IMG/VR virus record: IMGVR_UViG_2524614843_000001
Location: 1-39,278 of that record
Direction: 5' to 3' (one strand)
DNA length: 39,278 nucleotides
Source of the DNA: a virus
Lineage: Duplodnaviria; Heunggongvirae; Uroviricota; Caudoviricetes
A program made the position numbers and the translations under genes. Of this stretch, positions 24,148 through 34,658 are shown piece after piece; the stretch's first letter is position 1, and every line of letters begins with the position of its first letter. The notes beneath the pieces are model-generated. The model was not told the DNA's origin. It did not search any database and saw only the letters and a list, made by a program, of their open reading frames with translations.

Positions 24148-27100
24148 CTAAGCCAATTTCACTTTCGTAAATACGGCCTTCGCCGGCTCAAATGGTTTAG
24201 TAGCGCTCGAAATTAGGCGAGATTCCAGCTGCCCAATTCGCAGACTGCGCTCTTCGGCAGTTTGCTCAATGCCGACAAGGTAAGCAGCCCCTACCTGTAC
24301 GGTCATAGGCACTTCAATGACCCGACCGAAATGGTCTTGGAGCAAGAAGGCCTGGCGACTTGCAGAGTAACTCAAGGTCAAGCCTTCACCGTCCGGATTG
24401 CTGAGTTTGAGAAGGTCGTGCGTGTGGGCCGGCTCAACCGTAATTCGCACCCACATGCTATGCCCAAACACAGGGCCAAAATGCCGGCCATACTCCAGCT
24501 GCGACAAGTCGCTCAGGAAAACGCCGTTTGCGTATCGTCCCTTGCGGTAAGAAATACCTTTGTTCGCACTCGGCAGTTCACCCTCTCTGGCGGATTTCAG
24601 GTTGCCATCGAAGCGCCAGCCGTCTTTGTGACCCTCCCACATCGTCGGGTATGGCGCTGCAATTTGCAGCTTGGCCATCAAGTCATCCATCGAACCGGTT
24701 GGTTGCCAGTTACGTGATGCCTCTCGCTCACCCCAGGCAAATGAAGCCTGAGACCATGAGGTGTAATCCTGCCGGATTGCCTCAAAGTTGAAGTCAACGA
24801 TGTTATAGCCGCGCTTCGTGTCCGGCATCACCATCTGGTAGATGTATTCGGCATAAGCGCGTCCTGCCTCCATGCGAGGCAAGCCATCAGATGATTCGAT
24901 CTTCATCCCTTCCAAGAACCCGTTCCAGCCTTGCTGAGCCTCCTTCTGAACCGCAATCATGTTGACGTTAGAAGGCACGGCCACCGAAGTCGTAAAGAAC
25001 GAGGCCTCTTTGGAATAAATGCCAGGCGCCCGAATTGCCTTGATGAAGAAGGTCAGATCGCCCTCTGCGCCCGCGGGTGTCGAATACGCCGTTGAAAGCG
25101 TAGTCGTGAGCGTCTTACCGGTATCCCAATCCATACCTTGCCTGATCTCATAGCCGGCAATGTCTTTCTCAGGGTTCGGCTCCCAGCTGAACTCCACACG
25201 GCGGCTTGATTGAACCGCGTTAAACCGGCGAACGGGTGCGGGTGCAGCGAGGTCGATTCGGATAGTGGCCACTTCACTAGAAAGCCGCTCGCCATCGTCG
25301 ATAGCTCGAATATGGAAGAAGTACCGGCCTTCTTCTGTCAGCTTGTGCGCGTATGAGGTTGAAGCAATACGCTCGACCACAACTGAGCCAGAATCCCAAG
25401 ACGGACCCTGCCGGATTTGATAGCCAATCACATCAACTTCATTGTTTGGCGACCATTCAAGCAGCACATCATTCATGCGCGTGCTGTACCGGAAATTCTG
25501 CACCTTCTTCGGCGGCGCCAGTTTGCCAAGCACCTTGTACGCCATTCGCGGCGCAGTCTCTTCTGCCAGGCTGATACCCACCACATCCCGGGCGATGACC
25601 ATAACCTCGATCTGATCATCTTGCTTGGCTTCAAAGCTAGCTCGCTTGGCAGCTGCAGCATCAACAACGCGCCATTGACCGCCGTTTGACCGCACCTTGA
25701 CCGTGGACGACCGGTAGAACTCCGATGCGTTATCAAACATCACGATTACGCGCGATTTCACCGCCCCGCCCTCGATAAACAACTCTTCATCGATGGCAGT
25801 AATCACCGAATGCTTGATTGAAGTCTGCAAGTCAGAGTAGTTCGGTGTCGGCATAACCACGCCGTCGGCACGATAGACTGACTCGTTGTACTCGATTGCC
25901 TCAATCGTCCGATGCCAATCTTCATTGCCGGTGATTGCCGTTACGCGGAATGGCTTTTTGACCTTATCGATAGGGCCAAACATCCAGTGTTGGTATTGGT
26001 TTGGTGCGGCTGGCAGCGGCGCATTCAAGCGCAGAACATCAATCTCACCGTTCGCTGGCGTGACAATCCGCTCTTCAAGAACGTCCGTATCGAAAGCCGT
26101 AAAGCCCAAGCCTGGTCGAATACCCTCATTCCGGTCGAGCACGATGACTGTGGTGCCTGTTGCACCCGCACCTTGACTCATCACCTCGTAATCAACGCCG
26201 CCAATCAGCACTCGTTTTACTTTGGTCGTTGGCGTCCAGCCCGACGAGTCCGCCACCGTGATGCTGTTGCCCACCACTGACAAAATTGGGCCTGTTGCAC
26301 GCTGCAGCACGTCATACTTCACCAAGACGCAATGTTGTTTGGTGTTGGTGATGGGTACTGGCCTGTCCAATTTCAGCGTTGTCGTAGAGCAGCCGTCATC
26401 CAGTCGGCCGGCGTAACCCCACTGCGGCATATCGTGCTGGACGAGGATAACGTCGCCCACTCGGCACCCGATTGCATCAATGGCGGCATCAAAGGTGATC
26501 GATTGGGTGATATACCGGTTGATGTTCAGCAACAGCGTGGCTTCCTTGAAGGCCTGCTCTCGGCTTGTGCATCCAATCATCTGCAGACTGGTGCTCTTCT
26601 GCATCAGACCGCGGTTTTGCGCGACCGCATCGACCACTCGAATGGTTTTCTGCTCGTACTTCTCTTTCTCGTCGAAATAGGTCAGCTCGACCTCATTCAC
26701 TCGGTCAGCCGTCGGAAGCCAATTTTGAGAGAACGACCCCCGCATAATGTTGGCCACAGAAAACATCATCACCGGTGCCGCGGCGCGCTCAATTGCCAAA
26801 CTCCAACGAGTCCCTTCACGAACAAGCTGAGCATGGCCGGAGCGCAGCGGGTACTGCAGCGCCTCCCACATATTCATGCTGGTATCGATCACCGCATTGA
26901 ATTTGAGGCTGTTTTGCTCGCAATGCTGAGCCCACTCGAAGAACTTGCGCAGGTTCAGGCGGTTGTCGTTCATGCCGCCACCGTACCGGTAGTGCGACAG
27001 CATATCGAGCACGACCCAAGCCGGATTGGCCGTGAAGGCGTAGTAGGGCTGCAGGTTAGCATCCAGACAACGCAGAATCCGGCCGTGGCAAACGTATGTC

Positions 27101-28551
27101 ACCTTTGGCAGCGAGTTGATCTGATCTGACATTTTGATGCGTAGCTCGAGCAGCGCGGTGTTGCTGTAGGCGATAGGCTCGTCAACGATTTCGTTAATGT
27201 CGGATAGCACGACCTGATCTAAGATGGTCGATTGCTTGGACTCTTCATCGGTTCTTCGCACGCGGATTTCATACTGGCCTTCCGCAAGCCCTTGCCCCAG
27301 CAATGAGCGACGAACAGGGCTTTGCACCTTGTCGGTCATCTTAAAAGCGGTGCCGTAAATCGGATGGTCGCGCTCTTCCGCAACCACTTCAAAAACAGGT
27401 GGTGCATTGTGCGGATTGGCCAAAACACGAACGAGCGTCCGATTGCTTGTGCCTGAGTAATATGGCCAGCCGCCATTGTTCAGGATGAGCCCAGGGCGCA
27501 TTTCTGTCGAAATCGTCCCGTCTCGGTAGTACCACCGTTTTTCATAGCGCAAAATGGTGGCCTGATTCTGCAGATTGAACCAGTCTCCAGTCCCTTTTAG
27601 CCGCACTTGCGCCTCAATGAATACCGAGCGCTCCATCTTGGAGCCATCTTTCTCATTGATTTGAACCAGACCACTAGGCGCTAAGAAGTCGAGCCGGATG
27701 TTATCGACTTCACCTTGCGTCTCGAAGTACGACCAGTCGGTAGTTAATTTACGCTGGGCGCTAATTGGCGTGTAGGTTTTGCCGAAAAACCTGAGAGCGC
27801 CGCCATTTGGTGTGCGATCACCCTGTCGAAAGTGATATTCGTAGTCCTTGTAGGTCGTGATCGGTAGGTCGTTAATTTCCAGATCGGAAATGGCCGAGAT
27901 TGGGCCTTCGCCAACCGCAATCAGCATGTAGAGGTACTGATTGTTGGTATTGCCGTCATTATCGACCCGCACCCCAATCACATTACCGGCCATCCGGTGA
28001 GAGCCATAGCAGACAGGGAATGGCACGCCCTCGACAGAGGTGTTTTTCGGGCCATCGAGACCGTATGTTTGGCTGTCTGTCAGGCTAGATGCCATCGGGT
28101 CAAGCTTGGGCTTTGGCGCCGGAATGAGCGCGTTCACTGCCATTGAGCCCACCGCCATAATAGCTGCGCCGGCTGCGCTAATCGCCGCTGCCGAGGTGGC
28201 ACCAAAGGCTTGCGCAAGATATGGCGCTCCATAGGGCGCCACAATTGCGATAGCGATCATAGCCACCAGACGCAGAATCGACTTGCCACCACCTTTCCCG
28301 CCTTGAGGCACAGGGCAAATCACCACTGAATCGCCAGGCATCAGGTAAGTGCTGAGCTCTTGCTCTTGCGTCAATACTTGCCCGTTCACCGAGATCACGC
28401 GCTCAGACGCCCCGATGATCATTGGGAACGCCTCTGCTGCACTCAACTCCGGCAGCCAGGCCTTCTCCGACAAAATCCGCTCCGTAGGGTTGAACGGGTT
28501 GAGTATTTCTACAACCTTGATTGATTCAAATTGCGTTTGATCATCCAACAT
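24148..28551 (-). CDS. Tail tip / host-specificity protein J with N-terminal gpI-like segment, two FN3 domains and a C-terminal lectin-like region (start revised to 28551)
   Basis: PVPQGGKGGGKSILRLVAMIAIA (gpI-like), PFPVCYG, AVGEGPI, NPAWVVLDML and YAGR J motifs; FN3 repeats APPKKV...LEWSPN...GYQIR and APAPV...FSWEPN...GYEIR. Confidence 0.92.
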   Translation of the reverse strand: MLDDQTQFESIKVVEILNPFNPTERILSEKAWLPELSAAEAFPMIIGASERVISVNGQVLTQEQELSTYLMPGDSVVICPVPQGGKGGGKSILRLVAMIAIAIVAPYGAPYLAQAFGATSAAAISAAGAAIMAVGSMAVNALIPAPKPKLDPMASSLTDSQTYGLDGPKNTSVEGVPFPVCYGSHRMAGNVIGVRVDNDGNTNNQYLYMLIAVGEGPISAISDLEINDLPITTYKDYEYHFRQGDRTPNGGALRFFGKTYTPISAQRKLTTDWSYFETQGEVDNIRLDFLAPSGLVQINEKDGSKMERSVFIEAQVRLKGTGDWFNLQNQATILRYEKRWYYRDGTISTEMRPGLILNNGGWPYYSGTSNRTLVRVLANPHNAPPVFEVVAEERDHPIYGTAFKMTDKVQSPVRRSLLGQGLAEGQYEIRVRRTDEESKQSTILDQVVLSDINEIVDEPIAYSNTALLELRIKMSDQINSLPKVTYVCHGRILRCLDANLQPYYAFTANPAWVVLDMLSHYRYGGGMNDNRLNLRKFFEWAQHCEQNSLKFNAVIDTSMNMWEALQYPLRSGHAQLVREGTRWSLAIERAAAPVMMFSVANIMRGSFSQNWLPTADRVNEVELTYFDEKEKYEQKTIRVVDAVAQNRGLMQKSTSLQMIGCTSREQAFKEATLLLNINRYITQSITFDAAIDAIGCRVGDVILVQHDMPQWGYAGRLDDGCSTTTLKLDRPVPITNTKQHCVLVKYDVLQRATGPILSVVGNSITVADSSGWTPTTKVKRVLIGGVDYEVMSQGAGATGTTVIVLDRNEGIRPGLGFTAFDTDVLEERIVTPANGEIDVLRLNAPLPAAPNQYQHWMFGPIDKVKKPFRVTAITGNEDWHRTIEAIEYNESVYRADGVVMPTPNYSDLQTSIKHSVITAIDEELFIEGGAVKSRVIVMFDNASEFYRSSTVKVRSNGGQWRVVDAAAAKRASFEAKQDDQIEVMVIARDVVGISLAEETAPRMAYKVLGKLAPPKKVQNFRYSTRMNDVLLEWSPNNEVDVIGYQIRQGPSWDSGSVVVERIASTSYAHKLTEEGRYFFHIRAIDDGERLSSEVATIRIDLAAPAPVRRFNAVQSSRRVEFSWEPNPEKDIAGYEIRQGMDWDTGKTLTTTLSTAYSTPAGAEGDLTFFIKAIRAPGIYSKEASFFTTSVAVPSNVNMIAVQKEAQQGWNGFLEGMKIESSDGLPRMEAGRAYAEYIYQMVMPDTKRGYNIVDFNFEAIRQDYTSWSQASFAWGEREASRNWQPTGSMDDLMAKLQIAAPYPTMWEGHKDGWRFDGNLKSAREGELPSANKGISYRKGRYANGVFLSDLSQLEYGRHFGPVFGHSMWVRITVEPAHTHDLLKLSNPDGEGLTLSYSASRQAFLLQDHFGRVIEVPMTVQVGAAYLVGIEQTAEERSLRIGQLESRLISSATKPFEPAKAVFTKVKLA

Positions 28552-28921
28552 AACGGTAATACCCCAAAACTCTTGATTTCCAGTCGTCAATTTCTTCAAT
28601 GCAGACCCCACCTGCGCCTTCCCATGTGTGAATAAACCGGTGCCGATCGATGAGCATTCCGCAGTGCATATTCCCTGGCACTCTAATCAGCACTGCCGCG
28701 CCAGGCTCCGGCTCGACCTCTCTCCAGAGCACAAGCTGGTTAGCGAACAAAGCAGAAATACGAGCGCCGTCAGTTGGGCTGATGTAGTCCGGAATGTCGT
28801 GACCCTGCCGGCGATAGAGCTCTCGCAGGAGGCCATAGCAATCGAATGTGTCGGGACCGCGCCCTTTGTACTCAAAAGGGACGCCAATTAGGTCGATGAA
28901 CTCAAGCGCCGCATCAGCCAT
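28541..28921 (-). CDS. NlpC/P60 tail assembly protein (lambda gpK-like) (start revised to 28921)
   Basis: IGVPF..GRGPDTFDCYGL (Cys), MHCG (His), FIH. Confidence 0.88.
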   Translation of the reverse strand: MADAALEFIDLIGVPFEYKGRGPDTFDCYGLLRELYRRQGHDIPDYISPTDGARISALFANQLVLWREVEPEPGAAVLIRVPGNMHCGMLIDRHRFIHTWEGAGGVCIEEIDDWKSRVLGYYRYVG

Positions 28922-29543
28922 AGCGAACCCCCGTTCCGATAATCCCAGGGCAGCCGCCGAAGTTGATTGAATTGCCATGTGCCGCGCAGCCATTTGGCCC
29001 CTGCAGGGTGTAATCGCAGCTCGGCATCGAACCGGTGTACCCGCAGTCGGCCGACTTGTAGCGCCAGCTGCAGTAGTCTTTGCGCTGTAGACGACGAGGG
29101 AAGCGCATCGTCAATGGGTTTTCGGCACCAAGGGTAAAGGTGGCCACGTAATCCTTTGAAGAGGCACCAATGATCTCGAAGAACTCCTGCTGATCAGGCG
29201 GCGAATTCAGATCTCCGGCGTTGATGATCATGACTGTGACGGGAAAGCCGACCCCGCCGCCGTAGCTCTGCATCCGACCCTGCACTGCTCGGCTCGTATC
29301 GATGATGTTGAGCGTGATCTCTGGCAGGCCATTGGCCACATGCTTTAAGCCAAGATCAAAATCGGCAGCGACATAAACATTGCCGCGGTAGGCAATATCC
29401 TCGTCGTTTGATACTAGGCGCATGGTTTCAACCAGTTGATAGGTAGTCGGATCGACAATTCCCACTTCCAGCAAGAGCAAAAAGGGGCTGGTCGATGCGA
29501 CCATCCCCTTCTCCCGAGCCGAATTTACAGTCAAGTTTTGCAT
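28914..29543 (-). CDS. Minor tail protein L-like
   Basis: C-terminal four-Cys motif YCSWRY...DCGY...CD...GC...FGG; position between M and K. Confidence 0.88.
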   Translation of the reverse strand: MQNLTVNSAREKGMVASTSPFLLLLEVGIVDPTTYQLVETMRLVSNDEDIAYRGNVYVAADFDLGLKHVANGLPEITLNIIDTSRAVQGRMQSYGGGVGFPVTVMIINAGDLNSPPDQQEFFEIIGASSKDYVATFTLGAENPLTMRFPRRLQRKDYCSWRYKSADCGYTGSMPSCDYTLQGPNGCAAHGNSINFGGCPGIIGTGVRYG

Positions 29544-29558
29544 TTTCGGTCACAGAAT

Positions 29559-29576
29559 AAAGTCACAGATGACTTA
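29559..29576. promoter_or_regulatory. Dyad site O12
   Basis: Minus strand TAAGTCA-tctg-TGACTTT, immediately after the gpM stop codon. Confidence 0.85.
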
Positions 29577-29933
29577 TTATACCTCCCGAAGTTTAGCGTC
29601 GTGGCAATTCCAGTAATGAACCCCGCCAGCACCGATGTACTGAAAGCTGATCTTGCCTTGAAATCGAACATTGATGACTTCACCGGTGGTCGGAACCGTA
29701 AACTGGAAGATGCCGCTGCCGCCTCTGACTGAGTAGTAGAAACTCTCGATCAGGGTCTTTTGCTGCTGGCTCAGAAACGTCCAGCCAATCGAGAAGGTAC
29801 GCCGGCCGCGTCGGGTTGTGCGAGCTCGCGTGAGCTCGTAGCCACCCTCCATTTCGTGCCGAATCGTGTTGTCCTCCAGTTCCTCGCTGTACTTGGATGA
29901 GTCGAGTTGGTCATTTAAAGGCAGAGAAGCCAT
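29577..29933 (-). CDS. Distal tail protein (gpM-like)
   Basis: 118 aa between TMP and L; EMEGGYE..R...R.F...W...F...V.GGSG.F.F pattern. Confidence 0.8.
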   Translation of the reverse strand: MASLPLNDQLDSSKYSEELEDNTIRHEMEGGYELTRARTTRRGRRTFSIGWTFLSQQQKTLIESFYYSVRGGSGIFQFTVPTTGEVINVRFQGKISFQYIGAGGVHYWNCHDAKLREV

Positions 29934-29945
29934 ATTTACCTCCTT

Positions 29946-32900
29946 TTATGAGCTCATTGCCGATTTCAACCCGTCGCGGAATGCGCCAGGCTTAGATGCC
30001 TCAGTCAGCACCACATCCATCACATAGCTTCTGCCGTCGAAGCGCATATTGCCCTTCTCGGCATTCATGCTGTTGGTGGTCTGGTTAATGACGTTCACCG
30101 TGACCTGTGGCGCCTGAGAGCCTGCATTTCCATTCACACGAACACCCAGCCGGCCATTCCCGTCGCGCGACAGCGGCATGATGGCTTCCGGACCAGCCTC
30201 GCCCATCAAGCCCATGTTGAAGTAAGTTGGAGTGTTGACCAGTGCATTGGTGAACGCTCCACCTTTGGCGAACTGCTTGATTGGCTGGCCACCGATGAAG
30301 GCGTTACCCTTGGCGCTGGCAAGGAAGCCGCCGAATAGGTTGCCCAATCCCTGAACCGCCCAATCGGTAAAGCCTGACAGCGCCTTCCGCATGGCGATTT
30401 TGGCAATGTCCGACAGGATAGACTCGGTGAGCTTTCCGAACTCGAACTTGCCGGCCTTGGCCATGTCGATGAATGAATCGATTGTTCGATCAGTCCAGTC
30501 GATCACCCCTTTCTTCATCGCATCGGTGGTGTCCTCCCAATCTCGGCGGATTTTGGCAAATGGATTGCCTGCCTCTTCGGCCATCTGCTTGATTTGGTCA
30601 CTGATCGTATTGACCGCCTCGCGCATCTGATCTGCCTGCTCTTGGCTCAGACCAGGTATTTTTAGCCGGATGCTCAGTGCTTCTTGCCATGATTCCAGTT
30701 CGCGCTGCAGACGTTGCCGTTGCCGCTCAGAATCGGTCATCAGACCGTCGGCATTGCCATTGATCTGATTGCGCGCACGCTCCATAAACTCGCCAAAATC
30801 AGCCTTGGCTGCAGATTCCTCTGCTTGCTTGGCAAACTTGTCGAAGTCGGCCTGAGCGCTGCCCAGATCAATCTTCTTGAGCTCCGCAATTGCCTCTTCC
30901 AGCTTGGTAGAGCGCAGTTTGATCTTGCCGGTCGCTTCCGTTGTTCGCTCGTCAATTTGCCGCGCCTCAAGACCGTATTGATTGCCAAGATCTCGAATGC
31001 GCTCAATGGCGCGCTCTTGCATCTTGCCAAACTCGGTACCCGCTTTGATCTCTGCCAATTTGGCGATCTGAGCCTCGGTGAGCTTGGCGTCCTTCTCGTC
31101 CTTCTGGAAATAGCGAGTGGTGTCATTCAGCGTTTTATACCGCTGGAAATACTTGGCCTTGAGCTCATCCAGCGTCATCAGGGCGCTTTCGGCCTGCTCA
31201 TAGCTCTTGCCGGCCGCGACCGCATCAGCAGCTTCCCGAATCAGCTTTTCGCGCTCTTCCTCGAAAGCAGACTTCTCAAGTGATTTTGGTTTTGGCGGCT
31301 TTTTCGTGCCTGCTAGCGAAGTGGTTGGCTTGGAAAAGTCGATGGCGTCCGTCTTTTGAAGCGGCTTCATCTTCTCTTCGACCTGCTCGATGGCAGATTG
31401 AATCTTGGCCGTCTCTCGCGCGTTACCCTTGGCGCTTTCCAGTCGTTTGGCTAAACCGTCTCTGAGTGTGGTGTAAGCCTGCAGCTGCTCGGCATTCGAC
31501 TGCTCAATGAACTTCTGCAGCGCCTGAGCACGCTTCTTCTCGTCCCCATCGCCCTTTTGAGCGTAGAGCCGGTTGAACTCGACTTGATCTTTGCTTTTCT
31601 TGGCTTCAATGCGCGCGACTTCTTCACGAACCAGACTGAACCCCGCCTCTTGATCACGCTGCTTTTGCAGGTTTTCAGAGATGAGCTTTTCAGTACCGCG
31701 AGCGTCTTTAAGTGCTGTTTCTGCCTTGTCCCATGCTGCCTTGAGGCCATTCTGCTCTTTCTGATACTCGGCTCGCAGTTTATCGAACTCTAACTTGGCC
31801 TTCCGGTACTCTTCGGAGTCCTTCTTCATTTTCGCCATGCGAGCTTCTGCAAGAGCAAGCGATCTGTCCTGTCTTTCTTTCGTTACGAGGTAACTAGCTC
31901 TAGCAGCCTGAACGTCTTTGAACTTGTCTCCAATTTGCCCTTTTGCTTTATCCAGCTCTTCTTGCGTTGCAATGCCACCGCTAGCGACTCTCATTGCCGC
32001 ACGAGTTGCTGCAGCCGCACGATCTGCCGCGGATTCCATCATGGCCAGATAGGTGACTACCCCCAGGATTGCGGTGATTGCCAACCCTGCAGGTCCGCCG
32101 AGCGCGCCAAGCACAGCGCTAAGGCCGCGTCCAGCGATTGTGGCGGCAGTTGTGGCGGCAGCCCATGTGCGCGATACTGCGGCGGCCTGTACGACTTGGC
32201 GTTCGTGCCGTGCAATTTGTTGATTCACCTGAACAAGCCGCTGCTGCATTGGGCCAATCGCACCGGAAAAGCTGCGTCCAACACTGTCGTATTCACGGCG
32301 AAGGGTGGCGAATGAGGCTTTGGTTTCCGCTGCAGCCCGAGAAGCCGCCGCGGCCATTGCTACGTTCGCGCTCTTGGTTTGCGCTTCCAGTACATTAACC
32401 TCGGCTCGCAACGCCTTGCTTTCGCGCTGCAGCTCGGCCGCGCGCTGCTTAGTTACTGCAACCAGCTGACCATTGATAATCTCTCCTACCACACGATTAT
32501 TCGTGCCAAAGTAGACCCGAGATAGCTGCTGTTGAATATCACGAATACGCTGTTGAGCCGCAGCAACTTCAATCCCACGTTTCACTTCGGCTTCTTTGAT
32601 CGCCATAGCGATACGCTGCTGCGAGGCCGTTTGCTCAGCCTGCATCCGTGCCATTATTGAGGCGCGAGCTGACTCAAGTTCTGCCTTCTGCGCTGCAATG
32701 CCGGCTTCCAGTACCTGCTTCTGATTCGCCAAAGCAGCCGCTTGTTGCTGGAATTGCTCGCCAGCCACGCTATTCAGGCGCATCCGTCCTAGACGCTGTG
32801 TGGCATCGTAGAGGCCTAAAATGGAACCTCTCGTCGCAGCCGCTCGTTCGCCGAGCGAACGCATTGCGTCGCCAACTGCGCTCGACACCTTCCAGAGCAC

Positions 32901-33914
32901 AAACGCACCCGCAGCCAGCTTGATCGCCGGCGCCAGCGTAGCCATTACTTCCGCGAGCTTGACCGCTGCGTTCGTTACATCTGCCAGTGATTGACCGACC
33001 TCTCGGCCAAATTGCCGAGTGTCGCCATTAGCCAAGCCCTCGATCAGCTTATCGATTGCGTTCTTGGCCGCATCGGCGAATGCACCGTCGCCCACTTCGG
33101 TCTTGAAGAGCATCCACTCGGTTTTCAAGCGCTCGAGCTGGCCAGGCAGCGTGTCCATCATTTTTGCCGCTGCACCGCCGTTCATGTACTCCAACACGGC
33201 GATCATGCGGCGCAAGGCGTCATTAGCTTCAACGGTACCGGTTGAGATCTTCTTGGTCAGTTCGGCCATAGACATACCGGTACCCACCGCCATTGCCTGA
33301 ATGGCGTTTGGCACAGCTTCACCGAGCTGCTGACGCAGTTCTTCCATCGAGACCACGCCCTTACCGGCCATCTGCTGAATCGCAATGGAGGCGCGCTTGA
33401 GCTGCTCGCTGCTGCCACCAAATTTCGCTACCGAGTCGATCAGTGCTTGCAGAGAGCCATCTGCAGGGTCGAGACCGGCCGATTTCAGCTTCACGAATGA
33501 GTCTGAGATCGCCTTGATCTCGAAAGGCGCGCTCTTCGACATATTGATGACGAAGGTGCGGTTACTGATCGCCTCTTGGCGGCGCGCGAGTTCCTCGGTC
33601 TGCTTCGACAGACCTTCCATCAGCATCGTCATCCGTTCCATTTCGCCGGATGCCTGCAGGAATGAGGCCGGCAGCGCGAACAGGATATTGCTCAGCGTAT
33701 CGAAGGCATGGCCGAGCAAGCCGAGGGTCACTACCCCGTTATGGAACGTCCGGAAAAGCGAGCTCGATGAGGTTTCTGCACGCTGGGAGGCTCGGTCGAG
33801 CTGCTCCAGGCGAGAACGTAGCTCACCGACCCGCTGACCCGCTTTGGCCGCGCTGGCGGAAAACTTATCGCCATCGAGCTCAAGCGTGATCGAGATCTTG
33901 CCTGCACTATTCAT
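29946..33914 (-). CDS. Tape measure protein
   Basis: 1322 aa, Ala-rich and helical; tape-measure domain (APFEI...QMAGKGVVSMEELRQQLGE); C-terminal ANGNAF-like and MGEAGPEAIMPL motifs. Confidence 0.95.
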   Translation of the reverse strand: MNSAGKISITLELDGDKFSASAAKAGQRVGELRSRLEQLDRASQRAETSSSSLFRTFHNGVVTLGLLGHAFDTLSNILFALPASFLQASGEMERMTMLMEGLSKQTEELARRQEAISNRTFVINMSKSAPFEIKAISDSFVKLKSAGLDPADGSLQALIDSVAKFGGSSEQLKRASIAIQQMAGKGVVSMEELRQQLGEAVPNAIQAMAVGTGMSMAELTKKISTGTVEANDALRRMIAVLEYMNGGAAAKMMDTLPGQLERLKTEWMLFKTEVGDGAFADAAKNAIDKLIEGLANGDTRQFGREVGQSLADVTNAAVKLAEVMATLAPAIKLAAGAFVLWKVSSAVGDAMRSLGERAAATRGSILGLYDATQRLGRMRLNSVAGEQFQQQAAALANQKQVLEAGIAAQKAELESARASIMARMQAEQTASQQRIAMAIKEAEVKRGIEVAAAQQRIRDIQQQLSRVYFGTNNRVVGEIINGQLVAVTKQRAAELQRESKALRAEVNVLEAQTKSANVAMAAAASRAAAETKASFATLRREYDSVGRSFSGAIGPMQQRLVQVNQQIARHERQVVQAAAVSRTWAAATTAATIAGRGLSAVLGALGGPAGLAITAILGVVTYLAMMESAADRAAAATRAAMRVASGGIATQEELDKAKGQIGDKFKDVQAARASYLVTKERQDRSLALAEARMAKMKKDSEEYRKAKLEFDKLRAEYQKEQNGLKAAWDKAETALKDARGTEKLISENLQKQRDQEAGFSLVREEVARIEAKKSKDQVEFNRLYAQKGDGDEKKRAQALQKFIEQSNAEQLQAYTTLRDGLAKRLESAKGNARETAKIQSAIEQVEEKMKPLQKTDAIDFSKPTTSLAGTKKPPKPKSLEKSAFEEEREKLIREAADAVAAGKSYEQAESALMTLDELKAKYFQRYKTLNDTTRYFQKDEKDAKLTEAQIAKLAEIKAGTEFGKMQERAIERIRDLGNQYGLEARQIDERTTEATGKIKLRSTKLEEAIAELKKIDLGSAQADFDKFAKQAEESAAKADFGEFMERARNQINGNADGLMTDSERQRQRLQRELESWQEALSIRLKIPGLSQEQADQMREAVNTISDQIKQMAEEAGNPFAKIRRDWEDTTDAMKKGVIDWTDRTIDSFIDMAKAGKFEFGKLTESILSDIAKIAMRKALSGFTDWAVQGLGNLFGGFLASAKGNAFIGGQPIKQFAKGGAFTNALVNTPTYFNMGLMGEAGPEAIMPLSRDGNGRLGVRVNGNAGSQAPQVTVNVINQTTNSMNAEKGNMRFDGRSYVMDVVLTEASKPGAFRDGLKSAMSS

Positions 33915-33931
33915 ATTTCACCTGTGACTTA
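33914..33931. promoter_or_regulatory. Dyad site O13
   Basis: Minus strand TAAGTCA-cagg-TGAAATA; begins with the upstream TAA stop, contains the AGGTGA SD and touches the TMP ATG. Confidence 0.75.
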
Positions 33932-34297
33932 ATTACCAAATTTCATCGACATGGTTTGTTCTTTGAGCCAGTTCAGTCCTTCTTCGTCCCGAGCCGCATT
34001 GAGCGACTGGTTTTGCCGGTGCTCTTCACTTTCAACGTGCGTCACCCCTACTTCTTTCTTGAGCCCTTCTCGCAATTCGGTGATGTATTCGCCGCCAGCA
34101 CCGAAGCTGCCTGCCATGACCACATCCACGCGGCGCAAATCTTCCCAAGCAGAAACTCGATTGATTTGCCGGCACAGAAACCAAAATGCCCTCGCTGGGA
34201 GCTCTAAGACTTCCCGCAAGGGCATCTGATAAAAGCGCATGACCTGGGCCACCATGAAACCAAGGTCTAATTGCTTGAAGGGCTCAATCAGTTTCCC
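33929..34297 (-). CDS. Tail assembly chaperone, frameshift extension (gpT-like)
   Basis: Frame is open from the slippery site (GKLIEPFKQLDLGFMVAQVMRFY...) to TAA 33929. Confidence 0.8.
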   Translation of the reverse strand, partial: GKLIEPFKQLDLGFMVAQVMRFYQMPLREVLELPARAFWFLCRQINRVSAWEDLRRVDVVMAGSFGAGGEYITELREGLKKEVGVTHVESEEHRQNQSLNAARDEEGLNWLKEQTMSMKFGN

Positions 34298-34644
34298 GCT
34301 TGGGCGCCCTGTTCCTGATCTTCTGACACGTCTGCCTTGATTTGGGCCTCGAGCTCTTCAACAGTCACACCGCGGACAAATTGAGTCACGATGGTCAGCT
34401 CATTCAGCGTCATGCTTTCCAGCACATCAATAGGCATCGAAGGCACGGATTTTTGTACCACCTTGATCATTTCTTCGATCATGGATTTCGTGTCGCCGGT
34501 CATTGCCACTTCTTGAAGGCGATCGCCCTCTTGTTTGCCACGCAGGAAGTCGGCGAGCGTGAATGACTTCACCTCGTAATTGACCCCCTTAAAGCGCAAG
34601 TACCGCTCTGGCGGCATTAACTCATCGATGTTTAGCAGTTCCAT
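34288..34644 (-). CDS. Tail assembly chaperone (gpG-like) (start revised to 34644)
   Basis: Between tail tube and TMP; ends ...GCG GGA AAC TGA. Confidence 0.85.
   Translation of the reverse strand: MELLNIDELMPPERYLRFKGVNYEVKSFTLADFLRGKQEGDRLQEVAMTGDTKSMIEEMIKVVQKSVPSMPIDVLESMTLNELTIVTQFVRGVTVEELEAQIKADVSEDQEQGAQAGN
34291..34297 (-). other. Programmed -1 ribosomal frameshift heptamer G GGA AAC
   Basis: Canonical X XXY YYZ in frame immediately before the gpG stop; the -1 frame joins the downstream ORF. Confidence 0.9.
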
Positions 34645-34658
34645 TTTGCTTTCTCGGA

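Noticed and set aside
26332-27129. 265-aa plus-strand ORF (likewise 8242-9015, 6691-7287, 30714-31283, 34878-35426 and others)
   Set aside because: Antisense shadows of well-supported minus-strand genes; no motifs or RBS support.
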